Shown: positions 24,925 to 39,100 of the stretch, in pieces
How positions within the stretch are numbered: position 1 is the stretch's first letter
Layout of the letters: the number at the start of each line of letters is the position of its first letter
The notes under the pieces: model-generated
The model's database searches: none
Told to the model about the DNA's origin: nothing
Seen by the model: only the letters and a program-made list of their open reading frames with translations
Source of the DNA: Flaccisagitta enflata
Lineage: Eukaryota
DNA length: 64,000 nucleotides
Direction of reading: 5' to 3'
Assembly (NCBI GenBank): GCA_965153355.1
Contig: OZ231126.1
Location: 26,412,001 to 26,476,000, forward strand
Translations under genes and position numbers: made by a program

Positions 24925-25550
24925 TTTTTTGCAGCGGCCCTGAAGGGGACAAAGTCCTGTAGAACACAGGGGGACTTTCGTTCGTCCTTCCGTCCTTCCG
25001 TCCGTTTGTCCCCCCCCCAGGCCCTCTCAGGCCTAAAATCCACCCTCTCAGGCCTGAAATATGCCCTCTCAGGCCTTGAATCTGCCCTCTCAAGCCCTAA
25101 ATCTGCCCTCTCAGGCCTGAAATCTGCCCTCTCAGGTCTAAAATCTGCCCTCTCAGGCCTGAAATCTGCCCTCTTAGGTCTGAAATCTGCCCTCTCAGGT
25201 TTAAAATCTGCCCTCTCAGGCCTGAAATCTGCCCTCTCAGGCCTGAAATCTGCCCTTTCAGGCCTGAAATCTGCCCTCTCAGGCCTGAAATCTGCCCTCT
25301 CAGATTCAAAGCCTGAGAGGGCAGATTTCAAACTTGAGAGGGTAGATTTCAGGCCTGAGAGGGCAGATTTCAGGCCTGAGAGAGCCTAGGGGGGACGGAT
25401 GGACGGACGGACGAACGAAAGTCCCCCTGTGTTCTACAGGACTTCGTCCCCTTCGGGGCCGCTGCCCTGCTTCCTCTTACGCCAATTCAAAATCATGCAA
25501 AGCAGGGCAACGGGTATCGCTGACCACATATTGCCCTTGGGCGACCTGTT
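24925..25550 (-). mobile_element. Further copy of the 21-bp-minisatellite element
   Basis: Same termini with a (aggcctgaaatctgccctctc)n core; the last few units (~25310-25385) are inverted. Confidence 0.75.
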
Positions 25551-26773
25551 TGTATTAGGTTTCAATTACTGTGATAGAAAATTAACACTCCTTTGAAGTA
25601 TAATCATCAAAGTTATCAAAAACGCCTGATTTTAGTTATTTCAAGTGTGGACACATTTCTCGCAGGTTCCGATCTAATTCATAACAATATCAATATATCA
25701 AGAATGCCTTCACCTAGTAACCTCAAATTTTAGAGGTAGGCACAGAACTTCATGCTCTTTCAGATGATACCACAGGAGAACCACTGAAGAATCACATATC
25801 TGCATAACTTACTGTGGAACATAGTGTGACACAAGTGTGACAGGGTGTGGACACATTTCTTATAGCTCTTTCAAAAACATATATCTCTGGACTGAGAGAT
25901 CACAAGGACATAAAATTTGGCATGTATACTCCCATATGTCTTTTTTCAACAGGCAAAAGAAAAAAAATCTTAAAAGATAAGGCAAAATGACTTTTTTGAT
26001 GACCAAAACAAATTTTTTGATAATATTGATTAAAACTGGGATTTCTCGAAAAAACGCTGTAGTTGCAAATTTGACACACTGAATGATCACCTATCAACAC
26101 AAGATTTTAGGTACTTTTAACCACAATCAGAATAAAGGAAAATGACCTATTTTCACCCAGGTTTTTTATTTCTTTGATACCTGTTAGGGTTGTTATTATC
26201 AATGGGACAAAAGGGTGACCCACAAAAATGGGTCAAATTAGCCCCTTTTAGGCCACATACACTTAAAGTAAGCTACTCCTGGAGATAAGTGGCTGTTTCT
26301 CAAGTTGTTTCTGATATCTAGGAACCTATAAAAACACTTTATCTTAGAAAAATACTGAATAAGGATAGATTATTTGTTATCATATCAGGGCATTTCCTTG
26401 GCCCGCCGTTTCCTGAATCATGCCAAAAGTTTCCTATGGTTTATATGGTATTTCAAATCAAGAACGCTCTAAGTACGTTGAAGGCTTCATTTGGCCTTGA
26501 AAAAAAGAACATGAAGCCTTCAAAAAAAAAAAAGAAAGTGTATGGCTACTTCTTGGAGCCGTAGAGCTGACTAGTGGCCTGGGAAGGCCTGGGAAGGCAA
26601 GGACGGATGTGAGATTTGATTGATTTTAGGCAAGAAAGTGCATTTTGCCAAATCAACACCAAAAAAAGTAAGAAGGGGATCGACGCACGGATGTATGGAT
26701 GAAGAGACAAAGCGGGTTGTAGAGTCACGTGCACGCGACTAAAAAGAAATAATCAACCGTTAGTAATCATGCG

Positions 26774-27177
26774 TTAAAACATCATCAAAACTCTCATTCC
26801 GAATGTCAATCTGCGATTAAAGCGGACAACAAAATCCATGCAAAAGTAAACGAAAAACATAAAAAAGGCACTGAAAAAAGTAAACAGCAAAAAAGAAATC
26901 CACAAATTCCATGGAAATAACAAAATACACTCTATAGTAAAATTGGCGCGAGGATATCGAGGAGCAAGAATGTATTTCTCTAGAGGTATAAATAATACAT
27001 AAAGATGTATGGAGTAAAAGAGGTAGTTTCTCACAGGCCAAAGTAGCGGTGGTTGCACTCTTTTGGTCAGCCAAGCGTCGTAATCATACCAATATCTACT
27101 GTAAATACGATCGATTGAGTACATAATATGCTCCTCAAATTCAGCTACTTTTTTTGGTCTCCGAAGCGGTTCAATTA
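26774..27177 (-). pseudogene. Paralog E, C-terminal membrane-proximal fragment abutting the satellite array
   Basis: EPLRRPKKVAEFEEHIMYSIDRIY...AWLTKRVQPPLLWPVRNY...PLEKYILAP...FTIECILLFPW aligns with the paralog B C-terminus RPLWKPLKVTEFQCGFHHHLIRHY...AFFADKVSPSLFWTVRCNY...TLDEYLVTP...FSIANFLFYPL. Confidence 0.7.
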
Positions 27178-30100
27178 GGGGTGTAGAATAGAGGGAGAAC
27201 CATGTTCTTTCCCTAACTTTAAGATGATATCTACACATCAACCAATACTTTTGAAACCTAGTGAGAGGGTCTGTTCATAGTTTAGGATGTGAGTGAACAC
27301 ATCATGAAAAAAAAACTGAACATTTTTCAATCATATGGCCGTACGGCCTCTCGACAAGGAAAGCCTGGAATTTTTAAGCAAATCCCCTCAATTTTCAAAG
27401 GCCAATTTGACTGACTTAAACCTAATAGGAAAGCTTGAGATTGAACATAAGAACATCCATGCTACAACACGGCGGATCAATATCAAAATTTCAAAGATCA
27501 GGCCTGGTAAATTTTCAGGATTAAGGAGCGAAAAGTGAATGTAGTGATATAGCATATACCCTTTTTTCACTCCAAACGCTTCAAAATCCTAATAGGTTAA
27601 CCATTTTGGAGGTTTTTTTGCTCTGAGCGCTTCCTCTTAATGTTTACTTTGGAAGAGTTTACCACAAGAAAATAGATCCCGCAAAAAATTCAAATTTAAG
27701 CGCTCAAACAACTGTGACTCAGTTGCGGCATGATTCTCCGGTAGTCTACGCCCTTTATAAGGGGGTTTTTTCAGCATTTTGGGTGGTTTGTCTATGGTAA
27801 TGGATAGTCAAGAAGGGGAAATGACACTAGGAAAAAAATTGGGTCAAAAAGTTCAATCGTTTTGGAAATATAAGCGTTTTTATCTTTTTAAGATGTGATA
27901 TATAATATATCATATGAAATATAGGTTACAATGAGTTTTTTTAGCATTTTGGGTGGTTGGTCAATGGTAATGGATAGTGCTCAGGAAAAAATAACATTAG
28001 AAAAAAGAATCAGGTCAAAAAACTGATTTTTTCTTAAGTTAGAAGCGATTTTTGCCTTTTTATAATATGATATTTATAAGTAAGAATGGACATGCTTAAT
28101 CAATGAATATTGACTTTAAAATTAAAAATTTGAGTTATCTGAGTCCAAACCATCATAATTCAGTAAGACCAAAGATAGATTTGCAAATTTAAAGGAAAAC
28201 AAACACCCTAATGTTTATGTAGAGTCACCTGTTTTTTTCAGCATTTTGGGTGGTTTGTCTATGGTAATGGATAGTCAAGAAGGGGAAATGACACTAGGAA
28301 AAAAAATTGGGTCAAAAAGTTCAATCGTTTTGAAATATAAGCGTTTTTGTCTTTTTAAGATGTGATATATAATATATCATATGAAATATAGGTTACAATG
28401 AGTTTTTTTAGCATTTTGGGTGGTTGGTCAATGGTAATGGATAGTGCACAGGAAAAAATGACATTAGAAAAAAGAATCAGGTCAAAAAACTGATTTTTTC
28501 TTAAGTTAGAAGCGATTTTTGCCTTTTTATAATATGATATTTATAATTAATAATGGACATGCTTAATCAATGAATATTGACTTTAAAATTGAAAATTTGA
28601 GTTATCTGAGTCCAAACCAGCATAATTCAGTAAGACCAAAGATAGATTAGCAAATTTAAAGGAAAACAAACACCCTAATGTTTATGTAGAGTCACCTGTT
28701 TTAAAGGGTGTAGAATAGAGGGAGAACCATGTTCTTTCCCTAACTTTAAGATGATATCTACGCATCAACCAATACTTTTGAAACCTAGTGAGAGGGTCTG
28801 TTCATAGTTTAGGATGTGAGTGAACACATCATGAAAAAAAACTGAACATTTTTCAATCATATGGCCGTACGGCCTCTCGACAAGGAAAGCCTGGAATTTT
28901 TAAGCAAATCCCCTCAATTTTCAAAGGCCAATTTGACTGACTTAAACCTAATAGGAAAGCTTGAGATTGAACATAAGAACATCCATGCTACAACACGGCG
29001 GATCAATATCAAAATTTCAAAGATCAGGCCTGGTAAATTTTCAGGATTAAGGAGCGAAAAGTGAATGTAGTGATATAGCATATACCCTTTTTTCACTCCA
29101 AACGCTTCAAAATCCTAATAGGTTAACCATTTTGGAGGTTTTTTTTGCTCTGAGCGCTTCCTCTTAATGTTTACTTTGGAAGAGTCTACCACAAGAAAAT
29201 AGATCCCGCAAAAAAATTCAAATTTAAGCGCTCAAACAACTGTGACTCAGTTGCGGCATGATTCTCCGGTAGTCTACGCCCTTTATAAGGGGGGTTTTTT
29301 CAGCATTTTGGGTGGTTTGTCTATGGTAATGGATAGTCAAGAAGGGGAAATGACACTAGGAAAAAAATTGGGTCAAAAAGTTCAATCGTTTTGGAAATAT
29401 AAGCGTTTTTATCTTTTTAAGATGTGATATATAATATATCATATGAAATATAGGTTACAATGAGTTTTTTTAGCATTTTGGGTGGTTGGTCAATGGTAAT
29501 GGATAGTGCTCAGGAAAAAATAACATTAGGAAAAAGAATCAGGTCAAAAAACTGATTTTTTCTTAAGTTAGAAGCGATTTTTGCCTTTTTATAATATGAT
29601 ATTTATAAGTAAGAATGGACATGCTTAATCAATGAATATTGACTTTAAAATTGAAAATTTGAGTTATCTGAGTCCAAACCATCATAATTCAGTAAGACCA
29701 AAGATAGATTTGCAAATTTAAAGGAAAACAAACACCCTAATGTTTATGTAGAGTCACCTGTTTTATTTTTTTCAGCATTTTGGGTGGTTTGTCTATGGTA
29801 ATGGATAGTCAAGAAGGGGAAATGACACTAGGAAAAAAAATTGGGTCAAAAAGTTCAATCGTTTTGGAAATATAAGCGTTTTTGTCTTTTTAAGATGTGA
29901 TATATAATATATCATATGAAATATAGGTTACAATGGGTTTTTTTAGCATTTTGGGTGGTTGGTCAATGGCAATGGATAGTGCACAGGAAAAAATGACATT
30001 AGAAAAAAGAATCAGGTCAAAAAACTGATTTTTTCTTAAGTTAGAAGCGATTTTTGCCTTTTTATAATATGATATTTATAATCAATAATGGACATGCTTA

Positions 30101-33100
30101 ATCAATGAATATTGACTTTAAAATTGAAAATTTGAGTTATCTGAGTCCAAACAATCATAATTTAGTAAGACCAAAGATAGATTTGCAAATTTAAAGGAAA
30201 ACAAACACCCTAATGTTTATGTAGAGTCACCTGTTTTAAAGGGTGTAGAATAGAGGGAGAACCATGTTCTTTCCCTAACTTTAAGATGATATCTACGCAT
30301 CAACCAATACTTTTGAAACCTAGTGAGAGGGTCTGTTCATAGTTTAGGATGTGAGTGAACACATCATGAAAAAAAACTGAACATTTTTCAATCATATGGC
30401 CGTACGGCCTCTCGACAAGGAAAGCCTGGAATTTTTAAGCAAATCCCCTCAATTTTCAAAGGCCAATTTGACTGACTTAAACCTAATAGGAAAGCTTGAG
30501 ATTGAACATAAGAACATCCATGCTACAACACGGCGCATCAATATCAAAATTTCAAAGATCAGGCCTGGTAAATTTTCAAGATTAAGGAGCGAAAAGTGAA
30601 TGTAGTGATATAGCATATACCTTTTTTTCACTCCAAACGCTTCAAAATCCTAATAGGTTAACCATTTTTGAGGTTTTTTTTGCTCTGAGCGCTTCCTCTT
30701 AATGTTTACTTTGGAAGAGTTTACCACAAGAAAATAGATCCCGCAAAAAAATTCAAATTTAAGCGCTCAAACAACTGTGACTCAGTTGCGGCATGATTCT
30801 CCGGTAGTCTACGCCCTTTATAAGGGGGGTTTTTTCAGCATTTTGGGTGGTTTGTCTATGGTAATGGATAGTCAAGAAGGGGAAATGACACTAGAAAAAA
30901 AAATTGGGTCAAAAAGTTCAATCGTTTTGAAAATATAAGCGTTTTTGTCTTTTTAAGATGTGATATATAATATATCATCTGAAATATAGGTTACAATGAG
31001 TTTTTTTAGCATTTTGGGTGGTTGGTCAATGGTAATGGATAGTGCACAGGAAAAAATAACATTAGAAAAAAGAATCAGGTCAAAAAACTGATTTTTTCTT
31101 AAGTTAGAAGCGATTTTTGCCTTTTTATAATATGATATTTATAATTAATAATGGACATGCTTAATCAATGAATATTGACTTTAAAATTGAAAATTTGAGT
31201 TATCTGAGTCCAAACCAGCATAATTCAGTAAGACCAAAGATAGATTAGCAAATTTAAAGGAAAACAAACACCTAATGTTTATGTAGAGTCACCTGTTTTA
31301 TAAGAGGGTTTTTTTCAGCATTTTGGGTGGTTTGTCTATGGTAATGGATAGTCAAGAAGGGGAAATGACACTAGGAAAAAAAATTGGGTCAAAAAGTTCA
31401 ATCGTTTTGGAAATATAATCGTTTTTGTCTTTTTAAGATGTGATATATAATATATCATATGAAATATAGGTTACAATGAGTTTTTTTAGCATTTTGGGTG
31501 GTTGGTCAATGGTAATGGATAGTGCACAGGAAAAAATGACATTAGAAAAAAGAATCAGGTCAAAAAACTGATTTTTTCTTAAGTTAGAAGCGATTTTTGC
31601 CTTTTTATAATATGATATTTATAATTAATAATGGACATGCTTAATCAATGAATATTGACTTTAAAATTGAAAATTTGAGTTATCTGAGTCCAAACCAGCA
31701 TAATTCAGTAAGACCAAAGATAGATTAGCAAATTTAAAGGAAAACAAACACCCTAATGTTTATGTAGAGTCACCTGTTTTAAAGGGTGTAGAATAGAGGG
31801 AGAACCATGTTCTTTCCCTAACTTTAAGATGATATCTACGCATCAACCAATACTTTTGAAACCTAGTGAGAGGGTCTGTTCATAGTTTAGGATGTGAGTG
31901 AACACATCATGAAAAAAAAACTGAACATTTTTCAATCATATGGCCGTACGGCCTCTCGACAAGGAAAGCCTGGAATTTTTAAGCAAATCCCCTCAATTTT
32001 CAAAGCCAATTTGACTGACTTAAACCTAATAGGAAAGCTTGAGATTGAACATAAGAACATCCATGCTACAACACGGCGGATCAATATCAAAATTTCAAAG
32101 ATCAGGCCTGGTAAATTTTCAGGATTAAGGAGCGAAAAGTGAATGTAGTGATATAGCATATACCCTTTTTTCACTCCAAACGCTTCAAAATCCTAATAGG
32201 TTAACCATTTTGGAGGTTTTTTTTGCTCTGAGCGCTTCCTCTTAATGTTTACTTTGGAAGAGTTTACCACAAGAAAATAGATCCCGCAAAAAAATTCAAA
32301 TTTAAGCGCTCAAACGACTGTGACTCAGTTACGGCATGATTCTCCGGTAGTCTACGCCCTTTATAAGGGGGGTTTTTTCAGCATTTTGGGTGGTTTGTCT
32401 ATGGTAATGGATAGTCAAGAAGGGGAAATGACACTAGGAAAAAAAATTGGGTCAAAAAGTTCAATCGTTTTGGAAATATAAGCGTTTTTGTCTTTTTAAG
32501 ATGTGATATATAATATATCATATGAAATATAGGTTACAATGAGTTTTTTTAGCATTTTGGGTGGTTGGTCAATGGTAATGGATAGTGCACAGGAAAAAAT
32601 GACATTAGGAAAAAGAATCAGGTCAAAAAACTGATTTTTTCTTAAGTTAGAAGCGATTTTTGCCTTTTTATAATATGATATTTATAAGTAAGAATGGACA
32701 TGCTTAATCAATGAATATTGACTTTAAAATTGAAAATTTGAGTTATCTGAGTCCAAACCATCATAATTCAGTAAGACCAAAGATAGATTTGCAAATTTAA
32801 AGGAAAACAAACACCCTAATGTTTATGTAGAGTTTTTTTCAGCATTTTGGGTGGTTTGTCTATGGTAATGTATAGTCAAGAAGGGGAAATGACACTAGGA
32901 AAAAAAATTGGTCAAAAAGTTCAATCGTTTTGGAAATATAAGCGTTTTTATCTTTTTAAGATGTGATATATAATATATCATATGAAATATAGGTTACAAT
33001 GAGTTTTTTTAGCATTTTGGGTGGTTGGTCAATGGTAATGGATAGTGCACAGGAAAAATAACATTAGAAAAAAGAATCAGGTCAAAAAACTGATTTTTTC

Positions 33101-36100
33101 TTAAGTTAGAAGCGATTTTTGCCTTTTTATAATATGATATTTATAATAATAATGGACATGCTTAATCAATGAATATTGACTTTAAAATTGAAAATTTGAG
33201 TTATCTGAGTCCAAACCAGCATAATTCAGAAAGACCAAAGATAGATTAGCAAATTTAAAGGAAAACAAACACCCTAATGTTTATGTAGAGTCACCTGTTT
33301 TAAAGGGTGTAGAATAGAGGGAGAACCATGTTCTTTCCCTAACTTTAAGATGATATCTACGCATCAACCAATACTTTTGAAACCTAGTGAGAGGGTCTGT
33401 TCATAGTTTAGGATGTGAGTGAACACATCATGAAAAAAAAACTGAACATTTTTCAATCATATGGCCGTACGGCCTCTCGACAAGGAAAGCCTGGAATTTT
33501 TAAGCAAATCCCCTCAATTTTCAAAGGCCAATTTGACTGACTTAAACCTAAGGAAAGCTTGAGATTGAACATAAGAACATCCATGCTACAACACGGCGCA
33601 TCAATATCAAAATTTCAAAGATCAGGCCTGGTAAATTTTCAGGATTAAGGAGCGAAAAGTAATGTAGTGATATAGCATATACCCTTTTTTCACTCCAAAC
33701 GCTTCAAAATCCTAATAGGTTAACCATTTTGAGGTTTTTTTTGCTCTGAGCGCTTCCTCTTAATGTTTACTTTGGAAGAGTCTACCACAAGAAAATAGAT
33801 CCCGCAAAAAAATTCAAATTTAAGCGCTCAAACGACTGTGACTCAGTTACGGCATGATTCTCCGGTAGTCTACGCCCTTTATAAGGGGGGTTTTTTCAGC
33901 ATTTTGGGTGGTTTGTCTATGGTAATGGATAGTCAAGAAGGGGAAATGACACTAGGAAAAAAAATTGGGTCAAAAAGTTCAATCGTTTTGAAAATATAAG
34001 CGTTTTTGTCTTTTTAAGATGTGATATATAATAAATCATATGAAATATAGGTTACAATGAGTTTTTTTAGCATTTTGGGTGGTTGGTCAATGGTAATGGA
34101 TAGTGCACAGGAAAAAATGACATTAGAAAAAAGAATCAGGTCAAAAAACTGATTTTTTCTTAAGTTAGAAGCGATTTTTGCCTTTTTATAATATGATATT
34201 TATAATTAATAATGACATGCTTAATCAATGAATATTGACTTTAAAATTGAAAATTTGAGTTATCTGAGTCCAAACCAGCATAATTCAGTAAGACCAAAGA
34301 TAGATTTGCAAATTTAAAGGAAAACAAACACCCTAATGTTTATGTAGAGTCACCTGTTTATAAGGGGGGTTTTTTCAGCATTTTGGGTGGTTTGTCTATG
34401 GTAATGGATAGTCAAGAAGGGGAAATGACACTAGGAAAAAAAATTGGGTCAAAAAGTTCAATCGTTTTGAAAATATAAGCGTTTTTGTCTTTTTAAGATG
34501 TGATATATAATATATCATATGAAATATAGGTTACAATGAGTTTTTTTTAGCATTTTGGGTGGTTGGTCAATAGTAATGGATAGTGCACAGGAAAAAATGA
34601 CATTAGGAAAATGTATCAGGTCAAAAAACTGACTTTTTCTTAAGTTAAAAGCGATTTTTGCCTTTTTATAATATGATATTTATAATTAATAATGGACATG
34701 CTTAATCAATGAATATTGACTTTAAAATTGAAAATTTGAGTTATCTGAGTCCAAACCAGCATAATTCAGTAAGACCAAAGATAGATTAGCAAATTTAAGG
34801 AAAACAAACACCCTAATGTTTATGTAGAGTCACCTGTTTTAAAGGGTGTAGAATAGAGGGAGAACCATGTTCTTTCCTAACTTTAAGATGATATCTACGC
34901 ATCAACCAATACTTGGAAACCTAGTGGAGGGTCTGTTCATAGTTTAGGATGTGAGTGAACAGATCATGATGAAAAAAAAACTGAACATTTTTCAATCATG
35001 GCCGTACGGCCTCTCGACAAGGAAAGCCTGGAATTTTTAAGCAAATCCCCTCAATTTTCAAAGGCCAATTTGACTGACTTAAACCTAATAGGAAAGCTTG
35101 AGATTGAACATAAGAACATCCATGCTACAACACGGATCAATATCAAAATTTCAAAGATCAGGCCTGGTAAATTTTCAGGATTAAGGAGCGAAAAGTGAAT
35201 GTAGATGATAGCATATACCCTTTTTTCACCCAAACGCTTCAAAATCCTAATAGGTTAACCATTTTGGAGGTTTTTTTGCTCTGAGCGCTTCCTCTTAATG
35301 TTTACTTTGGAAGAGTTTACCACAAGAAAATAGATCCCGCAAAAAATTCAAATTTAAGCGCTCAAACAACTGTGACTCAGTTGCGGCATGATTCTCCGGT
35401 AGATCTACGCCCTTATAAGGGGGTTTTTTCAGCATTTTGGGTGGTTTGTTCATGGTAATGGATAGTCAAGAAGGGGAAATGACACTAGGAAAAAAAATTG
35501 GGTCAAAAAGTTCAATCGTTTTGGAAATATAAGCGTTTTTATCTTTTTAAGATGTGATATATAATATATCATATGAAATATAGGTTACAATGAGTTTTTT
35601 TAGCATTTTGGGTGGTTGGTCAATGGTAATGGATAGTGCTCAGGAAAAAATAACATTAGAAAAAAGAATCAGGTCAAAAAACTGATTTTTTCTTAAGTTA
35701 GAAGCGATTTTTGCCTTTTTATAATATGATATTTATAATTAATAATGGACATGCTTAATCAATGAATATTGACTTTAAAATTAAAAATTTGAGTTATCTG
35801 AGTCCAAACCATCATAATTCAGTAAGACCAAAGATAGATTTGCAAATTTAAAGGAAAACAAACACCCTAATGTTTATGTAGAGTCACCTGTTTTATAAGG
35901 GGGGTTTTTTCAGCATTTTGGGTGGTTTGTCTATGGTAATGTATAGTCAAGAAGGGGAAATGACACTAGGAAAAAAAATTGGGTCAAAAAGTTCAATCGT
36001 TTTGAAAATATAAGCGTTTTTGTCTTTTTAAGATGTGATATATAATATATCATATGAAATATAGGTTACAATGAGTTTTTTTAGCATTTTGGGTGGTTGG

Positions 36101-39100
36101 TCAATGGTAATGGATAGTGCACAGGAAAAAATAACATTAGAAAAAAGAATCAGGTCAAAAAACTGATTTTTTCTTAAGTTAGAAGCGATTTTTGCCTTTT
36201 TATAATATGATATTTATAATTAATAATGGACATGCTTAATCAATGAATATTGACTTTAAAATTGAAAATTTGAGTTATCTGAGTCCAAACCAGCATAATT
36301 CAGTAAGACCAAAGATAGATTAGCAAATTTAAAGGAAAACAAACACCCTAATGTTTATGTAGAGTCACCTGTTTTAAAGGGTGTAGAATAGAGGGAGAAC
36401 CATGTTCTTTCCCTAACTTTAAGATGATATCTACGCATCAACCAATACTTTTGAAACCTAGGGAGAGGGTCTGTTCATAGTTTAGGATGTGAGGAACACA
36501 TCATGAAAAAAAAACTGAACATTTTTCAATCATATGGTCACGGCCTCTCGACAATGAAAGCCTGGAATTTTTAAGCAAACCCTCAATTTTCAAAGGCCAA
36601 TTTGACTGACTTAAACCTAATAGGAAAGCTTGAGATTGAACATAAGAACATCCATGCTACAACACGGCGCATCAATATCAAAATTTCAAAGATCAGGCCT
36701 GGTAAATTTTCAGGATTAAGGAGCGAAAAGTGAATGTAGTGATATATATATACCCTTTTTCACTCCAAACGCTTCAAAATCCTAATAGGTTAACCATTTT
36801 GAGTTTTTGCTCTGAGCGCTTCCTCTTAATGTTTACTTTGGAAGAGCTTACCACAAGAAAATAGATCCCGCAAAAATTCAAATTTAAGCGCTCAAACAAC
36901 TGTGACTCAGTTGCGGCATGATTCTCCGGTAGGTCTACGCCCTTTATAAGGGGTTTCAGCATTTTGGGTGGTTTGTCTATGGTAATGGATAGTCAAGAAG
37001 GGGAAATGACACTAGGAAAAAAAATTGGGTCAAAAAGTTCAATCGTTTTGGAAATATAAGCGTTTTTATCTTTTTAAGATGTGATATATAATATATCATA
37101 TGAAATATAGGTTACAATGAGTTTTTTTAGCATTTTGGGTGGTTGGTCAATGGTAATGGATAGTGCTCAGGAAAAAATAACATTAGAAAAAAGAATCAGG
37201 TCAAAAAACTGATTTTTTCTTAAGTTAGAAGCGATTTTTGCCTTTTTATAATATGATATTTATAATTAATAATGGACATGCTTAATCAATGAATATTGAC
37301 TTTAAAATTGAAAATTTGAGTTATCTGAGTCCAAACCAGCATAATTCAGTAAGACCAAAGATAGATTAGCAAATTTAAAGGAAAACAAACACCCTAATGT
37401 TTATGTAGAGTCACCTGTTTTAAAGGGTGTAGAATTCGGGATTTTGTTCTTTGGTAATGGATAGTCAAGAAGGGGAAAATGACACTAGGAAAAAAAGTGG
37501 GTCAAAAAGTTCAATGTTTTGGAAATATAAGCGTTATCTTTTTAAGATGTGATATATAATATATCATATGAAATATAGGTTACAATGAGTTTTTTTAGCA
37601 TTTTGGGTGGTTGGTCAATGGTAATGGATAGTGCACAGGAAAAATAACATTAGAAAAAAGAATCAGGTCAAAAAACTGATTTTTTCTTAAGTTAGAAGCG
37701 ATTTTTGCCTTTTTATAATATGATATTTATAATTAATAATGGACATGCTTAATCAATGAATATTGACTTAAAAATTAAAAATTTGAGTTATCTGAGTCCA
37801 AACCAGCACAATTCAGTAAGACCAAAGATAGATTAGCAAATTTAAGGGAAAACAAACACCCTAATGTTTATGTAGAGTCACCTGTTTTAAAGGGTGTAGA
37901 ATAGAGGGAGAACCATGTTCTTTCCCTAACTTTAAGATGATATCTACGCATCAACCAATACTTTTGAAACCTAGTGAGAGGTCTGTTCATAGTTTAGGAT
38001 GTGAGTGAACACATCATGAAAAACTGAACATTTTTCAATCATATGGGTACGGCCTCTCGACATGGAAAGCCTGAATTTTTAAGCAAATCCCTCAATTTTC
38101 AAAGGCCAATTTGACTGACTTAAACCTAATAGGAAAGCTTGAGATTGAACATAAGAACATCCATGCTACAACACGGCGGATCAATATCAAAATTTCAAAG
38201 ATCAGGCCTGGTAAATTTTCAGGATTAAGGAGCGAAAGTGAATGTAGTGATATAGCATATACCCTTTTTCACTCCAAACGCTTCAAAATCCTAATAGGTT
38301 AACCATTTTTAGTTTTTTTTGCTCTGAGCCGCTTCACTGTTTACTTTGGAAGAGTTTACCACAACAAATAGATCCCAAAAAAAACAAATTTAACCAAACA
38401 ACTGTGACTCAGTTGCGGCATGATTCTCCGGTAGTCTACGCCCTTATATAAATTTTTTCACATTTTGGGTGGTTTGTCTATGGTAATGGATAATGAAGAA
38501 GGAAAATGACACTAGAAAAAAAAATTGGGTCAAAAAGTTCAATCGTTTGGAAATATAAGCGTTTTATCTTTTTTAAGATGTGATATATAATATATCATAT
38601 GAAATATAGGTTACAATGAGTTTTAGCATTTTGGGTGGTTGGTCAATGGTAATGGATAGTGCTCAGGAAAAAATAACATTAGAAAAAAGAATCAGGTCAA
38701 AAAACTGATTTTTTCTTAAGTTAGAAGCGATTTTTGCCTTTTTATAATATGATATTTATAAGTCAGAATGGACATGCTTAATCAATGAATAATGACTTTA
38801 AAATGGAAAATTTGAGTTATCTGAGTCCAAACCATCATAATTCAGTAAGACCAAAGATAGATTTGCAAATTTAAAGGAAAACAAACACCCTAATGTTTAT
38901 GTAGAGTCACCTGTTTATAAGGGGGGTTTTTTCAGCATTTTGGGTGGTTTGTCTATGGTAATGGATAGTCAAGAAGGGGAAATGACACTAGGAAAAAAAA
39001 TTGGGTCAAAAAGTTCAATCGTTTAGGAAATATAAGCGTTTTTGTCTTTTTAAGATGTGATATATAATATATCATATGAAATATAGGTTACAATGTTTTT

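Noticed and set aside
27178-27241. N-terminus MMCRYHLKVRERTWFSLYSTP of the 155-aa ORF
   Set aside because: It is satellite sequence read through the junction and is not part of paralog E.
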